This document shows, piece by piece, positions 9,926 through 21,220 of a stretch of DNA of 56,247 nucleotides. Origin of the DNA: Candidatus Rokuibacteriota bacterium (GTDB lineage: Bacteria; Methylomirabilota; Methylomirabilia; Rokubacteriales; CSP1-6); assembly GCA_016184305.1 (NCBI GenBank), contig JACPCX010000122.1:1-56247 (forward strand), written 5' to 3'. Position numbers and translations under genes: made by a program. Position 1 is the stretch's first letter. Each line of letters begins with the position of its first letter. Below the pieces are notes generated by a model that made no database searches, had not been told where the DNA came from, and was given only the letters and a program-made list of their open reading frames with translations.

Positions 9926-9955
9926 ATCATACTCTGCGGCTGCGCTCAGTGTCAA
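9926..9955 (-). promoter_or_regulatory. Sigma-70 promoter for aminotransferase-hom-thrC
   Basis: TTGACA (9955-9950)-N18-TATGAT (9931-9926). Confidence 0.7.
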
Positions 9956-10012
9956 CAAAACGACCGAATGGCGCGGAGATAGCGCGCACCCGGGAGAACA
10001 GGCAGTTCAGGG

Positions 10013-10041
10013 TTGACACCCCCCGGTGGGGATGCTAAAAA
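10013..10041 (+). promoter_or_regulatory. Sigma-70 promoter for the M23 peptidase gene (divergent)
   Basis: TTGACA-N17-TAAAAA with TG extended -10. Confidence 0.55.
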
Positions 10042-10181
10042 CCTCGCTAGCCGATGGGGTGGAAGTCCCCGCGGCACCTTCCGGAAATCAGGCGGTCGGC
10101 GCGCGTTCACGGGCGCTCCCGGTGCCGGACGACGGCGACCCGGGATGAGCGAGTCCAGGCGAACGAGGAGGCGGCAGGTCC

Positions 10182-11081
10182 ATGAGCAGCCGGAGCCCCG
10201 AGCGGGTCCACGTGGTCATCGAGCGGACGGACGGCTCGCGCATCGTCCGCCTGCCGGCACCACGCTGGCTCGTGTCCGTCGCGGTGGGGATCGGGGGGCT
10301 CGCCCTGGTCGCTGCAGGTGCCCTCTACACCGACTACGTTGCCCTCAAGCAGCAGCGCGAGCAGTTCGCGGCCCTCGAGGCCCGGCTCGCAGAGCAGCAG
10401 CAGGTGATCGACGGGTTCCAGCAGCGCGTGAGCCGTGTGCGGGCGGAGGTGGACAGCTGGCGCGACCTGCGGGAGAAGATCTGGCAGCCCTTCGGGCCCG
10501 AGCGAGACACTCCCGCGCGCGGCAGCGGCATCGGTGGCGGCACCGCCCAGCGACACCTGGAGACCACCTCGGGCCCGCGGCTCTCCATCCTCGACGAGCT
10601 GGATGAGCTCACGGCCGTCGTGACGGACGAGGGCGAGAACCTGCGCGCCCTCGAGCGCTTCATCGGCAAGGCAGGGAAGGCGCTGGCCTCGCTGCCCTCG
10701 CGCTGGCCGGTGCGCGGCCCCGTTAACTCGGGCTTCGGCGGACGGCCCTCGCCGTGGTCAACCGGCTCCACGGAGTTCCACGGGGGGCTCGACATCGGGG
10801 CGACGCGCGGGACGGCCGTGATCGCGCCCGCTCCCGGCACCGTGGTCTTCGCCGGGCAACACGCCGAGTACGGTGTCACCCTCGTGATCGACCACGGCCA
10901 CGACATCAAGACGCTTTACGGGCACCTCACCAAGGTGACCGTCGCCCAGGATCAGAAGGTGCAGCGCGGCCAGCCGATCGGCCTCACCGGCAACACCGGC
11001 CGCTCCTCCGGTCCCCACCTCCACTACGAGATCCAGGTCAAGGGCCAGGCGGTGAATCCCCGCAGCTACCTCTGGGACTAG
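10182..11081 (+). CDS. M23 family metallopeptidase with N-terminal TM helix and coiled coil
   Basis: HGGLD (HxxxD), YGHL, GNTGRSSGPHLHYEI; GGAGG SD. Confidence 0.93.
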   Translation: MSSRSPERVHVVIERTDGSRIVRLPAPRWLVSVAVGIGGLALVAAGALYTDYVALKQQREQFAALEARLAEQQQVIDGFQQRVSRVRAEVDSWRDLREKIWQPFGPERDTPARGSGIGGGTAQRHLETTSGPRLSILDELDELTAVVTDEGENLRALERFIGKAGKALASLPSRWPVRGPVNSGFGGRPSPWSTGSTEFHGGLDIGATRGTAVIAPAPGTVVFAGQHAEYGVTLVIDHGHDIKTLYGHLTKVTVAQDQKVQRGQPIGLTGNTGRSSGPHLHYEIQVKGQAVNPRSYLWD

Positions 11082-11268
11082 CCGGCCGCCGATAAAGGCC
11101 CATCTGCTTCGTTGGCGCCCTCGGCCGCACGCTCAACGTGGCTCGCTCACGCTCGCCCGGATCTCCGGATCCGCTCGCCTCGCCTCCGGCTCGGCTCGCC
11201 AAGCGAAGTACGCCTCGCGTGTGGCCCTCGGGCGCCGCCTCGCATCTGGACCTTTCTCGGCGGCCGGC
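11078..11268 (-). mobile_element. MITE/REP-like non-autonomous element, copy A (with nested 65-bp module)
   Basis: 18-bp imperfect TIRs gccggccgccgataaagg / cctttctcggcggccggc; abuts CTAG containing the M23 stop; reverse-complement homologue of copies B-D. Confidence 0.75.
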
Positions 11269-11308
11269 GGCGCGCGGGTCCAAGTCCGTTGCCACGGGAC
11301 GTTCGGGG

Positions 11309-12121
11309 TCAGCGGGAGGGGTGCTTGGCGAGGAAGGCGAGCACCGCCTCGTTGAAGGCCTGCGGCTGCTCGATCGGGTGCAGGTGGCCCGCGTCCGGGA
11401 TCACCACGAAGTCGGCGTGCGGGATGCGGGCGTGCAGCGTGGAGGAGTGGTGCGGAGGGACCATGATGTCGTCGGCGCCCGTCGTGATCAGCGTCGGCAC
11501 GCGGATCTGTGAGAGGCGCTCCAGGCTCGACCAGAGGCCGATGGCCTCGGCCTGGCGCTTGAGCCCCACGAGGCTTGTCGGGTAGGGGTTGTCCACGGCC
11601 CGCTGGATCAGGAGATCCACGAGGCCGGGCTTGTCCGCCACCGTCTTCGGGCTGAGCACCCACGCCAGCAGCATCCGCGCGAAGTCCTCGCGGTTCTCGT
11701 GGGCGCGGATGCGCACCATGCCATCACCGCGGAACGAGAGGAAGGCATCCGTCTGCGGCAGCGTGCAATGCAGTCCCAGCGTGAGCACCCGGGCGGGGTG
11801 GCTCAGGGCGATCTCCTGGGCGATCACCCCGCCCATGGACAGGCCTGCCACATGCGCCGTGCCGATCCCGAGCGCGTCGAGGAGTCCCACCGTGTCAGCG
11901 GCCATGCCGGCAATGGTGTAGGGGACGTCGGGCTGATCGGACTGCCCCGCGCCGCGATTGTCGAGGAGGATCACGCGGTACCGCGCCGAGAAGGCCGGCG
12001 CCTGGAAGGCCCAGGCCGTGTGATCGCCGCCCCAGCCCATGATGAGGACGAGGGGCTCGGCGTCCGATGGGCCGATCTCCTGGTAGAAGATCTCGATGCC
12101 GTTGACGCGCACCCTGGGCAT
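11309..12121 (-). CDS. Alpha/beta hydrolase (PcaD/enol-lactonase-like)
   Basis: DNRGAGQS, GLSMGG nucleophile elbow, catalytic D and AGH. Confidence 0.92.
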   Translation of the reverse strand: MPRVRVNGIEIFYQEIGPSDAEPLVLIMGWGGDHTAWAFQAPAFSARYRVILLDNRGAGQSDQPDVPYTIAGMAADTVGLLDALGIGTAHVAGLSMGGVIAQEIALSHPARVLTLGLHCTLPQTDAFLSFRGDGMVRIRAHENREDFARMLLAWVLSPKTVADKPGLVDLLIQRAVDNPYPTSLVGLKRQAEAIGLWSSLERLSQIRVPTLITTGADDIMVPPHHSSTLHARIPHADFVVIPDAGHLHPIEQPQAFNEAVLAFLAKHPSR

Positions 12122-12171
12122 GACGGTCAGTCTCCCACAGGGGAGGGCGGCCATCCCCTCGCCGGCCCTGT

Positions 12172-12377
12172 CACGATGCTGAAAGAGCTAGCAGGCCGCC
12201 GGGGAAGGCCCAGATGCAAGGCGGTGCCCGAAGGCTGCACGCGAGGCGTACTCCGCTTGGCGAGCCGAGCCGGAGGCGAGGTGAGCGGATCCGGAGATCC
12301 GGGCGAGCGTGAGCGAGCCACGTCGAGCGTGCGGCCGAGGGCGCCAACGAAGCAGATGGGCCCTTCTCGGCGCCCGG

Positions 12378-12381
<4 letters not shown>
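12172..12381 (+). mobile_element. MITE/REP-like element, copy B (with nested 65-bp module at 12255-12319)
   Basis: ctagcaggccgcc...cagatgcaaggcgg...gaggcgtac[insert]acgtcgagcgtgcggccgagggcgccaacgaagcagatgggcccttctcggcgcccggctag; ends at the CTAG stop of the ABC ATPase. Confidence 0.75.
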
Positions 12382-13352
<971 letters not shown>

Positions 13353-13365
13353 GGTCTCGATCCTC

Positions 13366-14343
<978 letters not shown>

Positions 14344-14431
14344 GGCCTGTCCTTTTTTCAGCAACATGCCTGCGGCATGCTGACCGTGGGCCAGATGGTC
14401 GCATCGGCCCGCGTGTCGTTATCTGCGTTCG

Positions 14432-15469
14432 CTACCAGCCGCTGGTGATCTCCCGGAAGGCGTTGAGCGCCCGGTCGATGTCTGCTCGGTCCACGTCCTT
14501 GTGGGTGACGCACCGGATGGCGGCGGGCCCGATCTGGTGGATCTTCACCTTGCGGGCGAGGCAGCCCGTGACGAGCTCCGCAACACCGCCCTCGCGCTCC
14601 ACCCGGAAGATGACGATGTTGGTCTGCACCTTGGTGAGGTCCACGCGGCACCCGGGCAGCCTGGCCACACCCTCCGCCAGCCGCCGTGCATGAGCATGGT
14701 CCTCGGCGAGGCGCTCCACCATGGTCTCCAGCGCCACCAGCCCCGCGGCGGCCAGCACGCCCACCTGGCGCATGCCGCCGCCCACCATCTTCCGGAGGCG
14801 GCGGCACCGCGCCACGAAGTCCCGTGTCCCGCACACCAGCGAGCCCACCGGGGCCGCGAGCCCCTTCGACAGGCAGAAGGTGAGCGAGTCCACGTGGCGT
14901 CCGAAGTCCGCGAGCGGGCGCTCCTGCGCCACGGCCGCGTTGAAGAGGCGGGCCCCGTCGAGGTGCACGGGGACACCCGCGGCGTGAGCCACGGCCGCGA
15001 CGGCCTCGATCTCCTCCGGGGTGCAGCAGGTGCCGCCGTGGCGGTTGTGGGTGTTCTCGAGGCACACGAGCCCCGTCTGCGGGATATGCACATTGCTCGG
15101 CCGGATGCTGTCCCGGACCTGCGCGGGCGTGAGGAAGCCCCGTTCGGTCGGGATCGCCAGGGTCTGCACCCCGCCGATGAGCGCCGTACCTGCCACCTCG
15201 TAGTTGAAGATATGGCAGTCGCGGTCGAGGATGACCTCCTGCCCAGGCCGTGTCTGGGCCAGCACCGAGACCAGATTGCCCTGGGTGCCGGAGCTGACGA
15301 AGAGCGCCCCCTCCTTGCCCGCTCGCCGCGCGGCTTCCTCCTCCAGCCGCTTGACGGTGGGGTCTTCCTCCCACACGTCGTCGCCCACCTCGGCACGCGC
15401 CATGGCTTCCCGCATCGCCGGGGTGGGGAGGGACAGCGTGTCCGAGCGCAGATCCACGATGTCGTGCAT
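14432..15469 (-). CDS. ltaE: Low-specificity L-threonine aldolase
   Basis: DLRSDT, VGDDV, SGTQGN, ENTHN, HLDGAR, CLSKGL, GGGMRQ. Confidence 0.94.
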   Translation of the reverse strand: MHDIVDLRSDTLSLPTPAMREAMARAEVGDDVWEEDPTVKRLEEEAARRAGKEGALFVSSGTQGNLVSVLAQTRPGQEVILDRDCHIFNYEVAGTALIGGVQTLAIPTERGFLTPAQVRDSIRPSNVHIPQTGLVCLENTHNRHGGTCCTPEEIEAVAAVAHAAGVPVHLDGARLFNAAVAQERPLADFGRHVDSLTFCLSKGLAAPVGSLVCGTRDFVARCRRLRKMVGGGMRQVGVLAAAGLVALETMVERLAEDHAHARRLAEGVARLPGCRVDLTKVQTNIVIFRVEREGGVAELVTGCLARKVKIHQIGPAAIRCVTHKDVDRADIDRALNAFREITSGW

Positions 15470-15473
15470 GGCG

Positions 15474-16262
15474 TTACCTCGCGGCCGCCCTGAGTCGCTG
15501 CGCCGCGCGCCGGCCCCAGTCGGTGTAGGCGAACTCGGTGGCCAGCTGTCGGAGCTTGTCCTGGGACTCCGGCACCCGACCTTCCTGGGCATACACGTCG
15601 GCCAGCCGGAACAGCGCCTCGGGCACCACCAGGGTGCGCGGGTACTCCTTCAGCAGGGATTCGAGCCGCTGGCGGGCAGCCGCCGGGTTCCCCTGGTCCA
15701 TGTAGTAGCTCGCGACCCACAGATCCTTCTGGGCGAGCCGCCCACGGCAGATGTCGATCTTGGCCAGCGCATCGGAGGCGTAGCGGCTGTCGGGATAGTC
15801 GCGGACCAGCTTCTTGAACGCCTCCATGGCCTTGACGGTGATGCCCTGGTCCTGCTCCACGGGCTTGAGCTGGTCGTAGTAGCTCATGGCGAGCCGGAAC
15901 TGCGCGAGGTCGGCGATCTCGTGACGGGGGAAGAAGGCCAGGAAGCCCTCGATCTCCTTGACCGCCTTGTCCCACTCCGCTTCACGGTAGTAGGTCTCGC
16001 CCACGAGGAAGCGGGCCCGGGCCGCGTAGCTCGACTGCGGGTGGCGCTCCACGATCTTGCGGAAGTGGGTGCGCGCGTCCTCGTACCGCTTCTTGTTCAT
16101 CTCGGTCTCGCCCATCTGGTACAGGTCGGCCGCCGGGAGCAGGGGCTGCGGCCGTGGCTTGAACAGATCGGCGACATACGAGCCGACGGACGAACACCCT
16201 CCGACGAGGAGCGCGGTCGCGAGCACCGCGGGAAGCAGAAGGGTCAGCGACCTGGGGCGCAT
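15474..16262 (-). CDS. bamD: Outer membrane protein assembly factor BamD (TPR lipoprotein)
   Basis: Lipobox VGGC, TPR repeats, EQDQ, YPDSRYA motifs. Confidence 0.88.
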   Translation of the reverse strand: MRPRSLTLLLPAVLATALLVGGCSSVGSYVADLFKPRPQPLLPAADLYQMGETEMNKKRYEDARTHFRKIVERHPQSSYAARARFLVGETYYREAEWDKAVKEIEGFLAFFPRHEIADLAQFRLAMSYYDQLKPVEQDQGITVKAMEAFKKLVRDYPDSRYASDALAKIDICRGRLAQKDLWVASYYMDQGNPAAARQRLESLLKEYPRTLVVPEALFRLADVYAQEGRVPESQDKLRQLATEFAYTDWGRRAAQRLRAAAR

Positions 16263-16270
16263 TCGTCAGG

Positions 16271-16333
16271 AAGGTACGGTCAGACCCCTTCAAAGTCAAG
16301 GACATTGACAGGCTCCAATCCCTTCCGTATGAT
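16271..16333. promoter_or_regulatory. Back-to-back sigma-70 promoters, probably producing leaderless mRNAs
   Basis: Plus strand TTGACA (16305)-N17-TATGAT, 7 nt before ATG 16341; minus strand TTGACT (16299)-N17-TACCTT, 8 nt before the bamD ATG. Confidence 0.7.
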
Positions 16334-16340
16334 CCCGCCG

Positions 16341-17452
16341 ATGCCTCTTCCCAGGATGCTCCGGGTTCGGCAGATCTTCCCGCGCCCACGACTGGCCGAT
16401 ATCCCGGCGCGAGCCCGTTCGTCTTCCCGGCCATGGGGAGCCACGGCGGCGGCACCCCCGAGGGGCAGCGTGAGGTGCTCGCCCACTACGGCATCACCGA
16501 GGCCACCATGGGGTGCGAGATCCGCGCGACCATGGACGTCGTCCAGGTGGGGGAGGCCCTCGGGATGCCCGTCTGGCTCGACCGGATCGCCTCCGAGGCC
16601 GACTGGATCGGGCTCGTCAACCGCGTCAAGCCCCACACCGACTTCAAGGGCAGCATCGAGTCCGGCCTGTTCAAGATGCTGACCATCGGGCTGGGCAAGT
16701 GGCACGGGGCCACGCAGTACCACCGGGCCAACGTCAACCACGGCTACGAGACCGTGATCACCGCCGTGGGGCGGGAGATGCTCACCAAGGCGCGCATCGG
16801 CTTCGGTCTCGGCATCGTCGAGAACGGTTACGACGAGACGGCGCGCGTGGAGGCCTTCAACGCTGCCGACCTCGAGGCGGGGGAGCGCAGGCTCCTGAAG
16901 GACGCCCGCGAGTGGATGGCGCGCCTGCCCTTCTCGCCCATCGACGTGCTGGTGGTCGAGGAGATCGGCAAGAACATCTCCGGCGCCGGGATGGACACCA
17001 ACGTCATCGGCCGCCCGTCCAACCCGCATGAGCCGTTCCCGGCGGATCCCAAGATCCTCTGGATCGTGGCGCTGGACCTCACGGAGGAGAGCGGCGGCAA
17101 CGCCACGGGCATCGGCAACGCCGAGTTCACCACGCGGCGGCTCCGCGACAAGATCGACTGGAAGAAGACGGCCATCAACTGCCTCACGGCGTGCGCGCCC
17201 AACGGCGCCAAGCTGCCGCTGGTCTTCGACTCCGACCTGGAGGCGGTGGAGAACGCGCTCAACTGCATCGGCCTCACGCAGCCCGAGCAGGCGCGCGTCA
17301 TCCGCGTCAAGAGCACCCTCGTCCTCGGCGAGATCGAGTGCTCCGAGGCCTTCCTGCCGGAGATCGCCAAGCGCTCCGACCTGGAGGTCATCGGCGTCCC
17401 GCGCCCGCTCGGCTTCGACGCGGGCGGGCAGATCGTCCCGCTGGCTCACTGA
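16341..17452 (+). pseudogene. LarA-like (DUF362/DUF2088, lactate racemase domain) protein with an apparent internal deletion/frameshift near 16408
   Basis: N-terminus MPLPRMLRVRQIFPRPRLADIP in one frame, then GASPFVFPAMGSHGG...NRVKPHTDF...SGLFKM...GKNISGAGMDTN in another; the intervening family segment is absent. Confidence 0.8.
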
Positions 17453-17488
17453 CGAACGCTGGCCTCCGGCGAACAAGGAGATTCGACT

Positions 17489-18466
17489 ATGGGCAGTGGA
17501 ACCCGTATTCTCGCGGTCCTGCTGGCGGTGGGGCTGTGCGGCGCGGCGCTCGTCGCCCCCGCCCAGGCCCAGCAGAAGGCGAACGTGGTGTTCTCGGCCG
17601 GCCCCACCGGAGGGTCGTGGACGCCCATGGCCGCGGCCACCGCGGACGTCGTCAGGAAGAAGTTCCCGGAGGTGGACGTCCAGGTGGAGCCGGGCGCGGC
17701 CCTGGTCAACATGGAGAAGATCCGCAACGACAAGGCCGACCTCGGGTGGTCAATGACGACGGTCGTGGCGGATGCCCGTGCCGGCGCGGGGTCCTGGAAG
17801 GGCAAGCAGACGGACAAGCCGCTCCTGGTGGCCAACTACTACCCGAACGTGTGGCAGCTGGTGGTGCCCGCGGATTCGGACGTCAAGCAGCTCGCCGACC
17901 TCAGGGGAAAGCCGGTGGCGCTTCCTCCGCGCGGCAACACCAGTCTCGCCGAGGGGTGGGAGTTGCTGCTGCGCGTCCACGGGATGAAGCTCGACGACCT
18001 GGGCACGAAGAGCTACGGCTCCCTGACCGAGAACGTGGAGCTGATCAAGAACCGGCAGGCCGTGGCCATGGGGTGGTTCACCACCGTGCCCGCCTCCATC
18101 GTCCTCGACCTCGGCTCCGCGCGCAAGGTCCGGCTGCTGTCGGTCCCCGAGGACAAGATCGCGGAGATGAAGAAGCTCAACGCGGGCTTCGTGCGGCACG
18201 TGATCCCGAAGGGCGCCTACGCGGCCCAGGGGGTGGAGGCGGACGTGGTGACCATCCAGGCGCCGACCATCCTCATCGCCTCGTCGAAGACGCCCGCGGA
18301 CGTGATCTACAAGATCACGAAGGCCATCGTCGAGGGCCGCGACGCCTTCGGCAACGTCACGGCCGCCATGAAGGGCGTGACCGCCGGGCAGATGGCCGAG
18401 AGCTTCGGGCTCCCCCGCCATCCGGGGGCCGAGAGGTACTACCGGGAAGCCGGCCTGCTGAAGTAG
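17489..18466 (+). CDS. TAXI family TRAP transporter solute-binding protein
   Basis: Signal peptide, AGPTGGSW, DLRGKPV, C-terminal P.HPGAERYYRE. Confidence 0.92.
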   Translation: MGSGTRILAVLLAVGLCGAALVAPAQAQQKANVVFSAGPTGGSWTPMAAATADVVRKKFPEVDVQVEPGAALVNMEKIRNDKADLGWSMTTVVADARAGAGSWKGKQTDKPLLVANYYPNVWQLVVPADSDVKQLADLRGKPVALPPRGNTSLAEGWELLLRVHGMKLDDLGTKSYGSLTENVELIKNRQAVAMGWFTTVPASIVLDLGSARKVRLLSVPEDKIAEMKKLNAGFVRHVIPKGAYAAQGVEADVVTIQAPTILIASSKTPADVIYKITKAIVEGRDAFGNVTAAMKGVTAGQMAESFGLPRHPGAERYYREAGLLK

Positions 18467-18475
18467 CCGCGTCCG

Positions 18476-20365
18476 GTGCGCAAGCTCGCGGGCTACGCCG
18501 GGCTGGTCGTGGGCGTCGTGGGGGTGGCCATGTCCCTCTACCATGTCCACGCCCGGCTCACGCCGGCGGCGCCCGACAGCCTCGCCCTCAGGATCATCAC
18601 GCTGGCCTTCAGCCTCACCCTCGCCTTCCTGCTCTTCCCCCGGAAGGCCGGCGCCAGCCCCGAGCGGATCCCCTGGAGCGATCTCGGCCTGGCGGCGCTC
18701 TCGCTGGGCTGCGTGGGCTACCTCTTCGCGAACTACCAGTACGTGACGACCCGGATGCCCACGGCGGAGCCCCTGAGCCGGGCCGACATGGTCGTCGGGG
18801 CGGTCGGCACGCTCCTGGTGCTCGAGGCGACGCGCCGGACCATCGGCCTCGCCCTGCCCCTGGTGGCCCTCGGGTTCATCGCCTACGGGCTCGGCGGCCC
18901 GTGGCTCCCCGGCGGGCTCGGCCACCGGGGGCTGTCGCTCGAGATCCTCCTCGACCAGACGTACTTCACCACCGAGGGCATCTTCGGGATCCCCATCGGG
19001 GTGGCGGGCACCTACGTCATCCTGTTCATCATCTTCGGCGCCTTCCTGGAGAAGTCGGGCGCCGGCCAGTTCTTCATGCACTTCGCCAACGCTATCGCCG
19101 GTGGCTCCCGGGGCGGGCCAGGCAAGGTGGCGGTGGTGTCGTCGAGCCTGTTCGGCACCATCTCGGGGTCGGCGGTGGCCAATGTCATGGTGGACGGCTG
19201 GCTCACCATTCCCATGATGAAACGGACGGGGTTCAAGCCGGAGGCCGCGGCGGCCATCGAGGCGGTGGCGTCCACCGGCGGCCAGATCATGCCGCCCATC
19301 ATGGGAGCCGCCGCGTTCGTGATGGCGGAGTTCCTGGGGGTGTCCTACGCGCAGGTGATGATCGCCGCAGCGATCCCGGCCCTCTTCTACTACGGCGCGC
19401 TCTTCGCCGCGATCCACTTCAACGCGATCCGGAGCGGCCTCAGAGGGATCCCGCGGGAGGAGCTTCCGATCCTGGGCCACATCATCATGCAGCAGGGACA
19501 CCTGTTCATCCCGCTCCTGATCATCTTCGTCCTGCTGCTGCAGGGATATACAGCGACATACGCCGCGATCATCTCCACGGCATCCGTGCTGGTCCTGTCG
19601 TGGATGCGGCCCGAGTCCCGGGTCACTCCTCGCCGGGCCATCGAGGCGCTCCGGGACGGGGCCTTCCAGACGGTGCCCGTGGCCATGGCCACGGCCGCCG
19701 CCGGCGTCGTGATCGGCGTGATCCTCCAGACCGGGCTCGCGATCCGGTTCACCAGCTTCCTCGTGAGCGTTGCCGCCGGCAGCCTGCTGGTCGCGCTGGG
19801 GATCACGATGATCGCGGGTGTGATCCTCGGCATGGGCATGCCGACCACCCCCGCCTACATCATGCAGGCCGCGCTGCTGATCCCGGCGCTGATCAAGCTC
19901 GGGGTCGCCCCCATGGCGGCCCACATGTTCGCGTTCTACTTCTCGTGCCTGTCGGCCGTGACGCCGCCCGTCGCGCTGGCCGTGTACGCCGCCGCCTCCA
20001 TCAGCAAGTCGGGCCTCTGGGGCTCCGGCTGGCAGGCCGTGAAGTTTGCCTCGGCGGGCTTCATCGTGCCCTTCTTCTTCGTGTACTCGCCCGCCCTCCT
20101 GTTCTCGGGCAGCTGGGGCGAGATCCTGCTGGCGGTGGTGACCGGAGGCGTCGGGGTCGTGGCGCTGGCCGCGGGCCTGGAGGGCTACTTCATCCGCCCC
20201 GCCCGCTGGTGGGAGCGCGTCCTGTTCATCGGCGCCGCCATCATGCTGATCAAGCCCGGCGTCTACACCGACCTGGCGGGGCTCGGGCTGCTGCTGTTCG
20301 CGCTGGGCCTGCAGCGGCTGCGGTCCCGGAGCCCGGTGGCGCTGGCGGCGGGATCGCCCCCGTGA
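18476..20365 (+). CDS. TRAP transporter fused 4TM/12TM permease
   Basis: RGGPGKVAV, GTISGSAVAN, ASTGGQIMPPIMGAAAF, GMGMPTT, TPPVALA. Confidence 0.94.
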   Translation: MRKLAGYAGLVVGVVGVAMSLYHVHARLTPAAPDSLALRIITLAFSLTLAFLLFPRKAGASPERIPWSDLGLAALSLGCVGYLFANYQYVTTRMPTAEPLSRADMVVGAVGTLLVLEATRRTIGLALPLVALGFIAYGLGGPWLPGGLGHRGLSLEILLDQTYFTTEGIFGIPIGVAGTYVILFIIFGAFLEKSGAGQFFMHFANAIAGGSRGGPGKVAVVSSSLFGTISGSAVANVMVDGWLTIPMMKRTGFKPEAAAAIEAVASTGGQIMPPIMGAAAFVMAEFLGVSYAQVMIAAAIPALFYYGALFAAIHFNAIRSGLRGIPREELPILGHIIMQQGHLFIPLLIIFVLLLQGYTATYAAIISTASVLVLSWMRPESRVTPRRAIEALRDGAFQTVPVAMATAAAGVVIGVILQTGLAIRFTSFLVSVAAGSLLVALGITMIAGVILGMGMPTTPAYIMQAALLIPALIKLGVAPMAAHMFAFYFSCLSAVTPPVALAVYAAASISKSGLWGSGWQAVKFASAGFIVPFFFVYSPALLFSGSWGEILLAVVTGGVGVVALAAGLEGYFIRPARWWERVLFIGAAIMLIKPGVYTDLAGLGLLLFALGLQRLRSRSPVALAAGSPP

Positions 20366-20457
20366 GCCGCGCGGCCCTGGCGGCGCTCACCCTCATCGCG
20401 GCGGTCCTGCTGCTCGGCACCGTCGCCTACGGTATCCTGCGCCTCTACGCGTACTGA
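20362..20457 (+). CDS. Candidate 31-aa single-TM small protein
   Basis: GTG overlaps the permease TGA (GTGA); MSRAALAALTLIAAVLLLGTVAYGILRLYAY; GC-ending codons. Confidence 0.55.
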   Translation: MSRAALAALTLIAAVLLLGTVAYGILRLYAY

Positions 20458-20526
20458 CGGGTCGCCGTGACGGTTCAGCTCACGCTCGTGCCGCTCCCCT
20501 GAGGGTCGGCGGCGCATCCCGAGGCG

Positions 20527-21102
20527 ATGGGCACCTCCGACCCGCCGACCCCCCAGCCGGGGGAGATCCCCCGCGAGTTCGACCGCCAGGTCGTCCTCAA
20601 GGACGGGGCGCATGTGTGGCTCCGCGCCATCCGCCCCGACGACGAGCCGCGCCTCGTGGACCTCTACGGCCGGCTGAGCCAGAACACGGCCTACCAGCGC
20701 TTCTTCACGGTGATGAAGCGCCTGCCGCCCGACTGGGCGCACTTCTTCGCCAATGTGGACTATCGGCGCCGGATGGCGGTGGTGGCCGAGCGCGAGCACG
20801 AGGGGCGGGTCGAGCTTATCGGGGTCGGGCGCTACGAGGCGTCCGACGAGGAGGCCGCCGCCGAGGTGGCCTTCGTCGTCCAGGACGGCTGGCAGGGGCG
20901 GGGCCTCGGGGCGATACTCCTCGACGACATCACCCGGGCAGGCGAGGCGCGGGGCATCCGCCGATTCCGGGCCTATGTGCTCGCGGACAACCACCGCATG
21001 CTGGAGCTCCTGACGCGCGCCACCGACGTCCTGGAGCGTAAGCTCGAGGATGGCGTGGTCAACTTCGTGTTCAAGCGGCGGGAAACGGCTCCCAGCGTCT
21101 AG
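20527..21102 (+). CDS. GNAT N-acetyltransferase (stand-alone Pat-type GNAT domain)
   Basis: LKDG.HVWLRAIRPDD, YQRFF, AEVAFVVQDGWQGRGLG, VLADNHRML. Confidence 0.9.
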   Translation: MGTSDPPTPQPGEIPREFDRQVVLKDGAHVWLRAIRPDDEPRLVDLYGRLSQNTAYQRFFTVMKRLPPDWAHFFANVDYRRRMAVVAEREHEGRVELIGVGRYEASDEEAAAEVAFVVQDGWQGRGLGAILLDDITRAGEARGIRRFRAYVLADNHRMLELLTRATDVLERKLEDGVVNFVFKRRETAPSV

Positions 21103-21219
21103 CAGGATGCGGAAAAACTCCGCAGGCCGCTCAAAAAGGTCCAGATGCAAGGCGGCGCCCGAGGGCCGCACGCGAGGCGTACTCGCTGTACGTTGAGCGT
21201 GCGGCCGAGGGCGCCAACG
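21099..21219 (+). mobile_element. MITE/REP-like element, copy C (right end missing)
   Basis: First ~49 bp identical to copy D (ctagcaggatgcggaaaaactccgcaggccgctcaaaaaggtccagatgc); stops at gccaacg where DJ-1 coding sequence begins. Confidence 0.78.
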
Positions 21220-21220
21220 C

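Noticed and set aside
10050..10150. FMN riboswitch (ggggtggaagtcccc resembles its P2 arm)
   Set aside because: The other conserved FMN segments are missing and the downstream gene is unrelated; kept only as an unknown structured leader.
17191..20457. 1088-aa ORF and the many other long overlapping or antisense ORFs (e.g. 739-2640, 44486-46879)
   Set aside because: Shadow frames expected at this GC content; low-complexity Arg/Gly/Pro/Ala composition over recognisable genes. Only the last 31 codons of this one look real.
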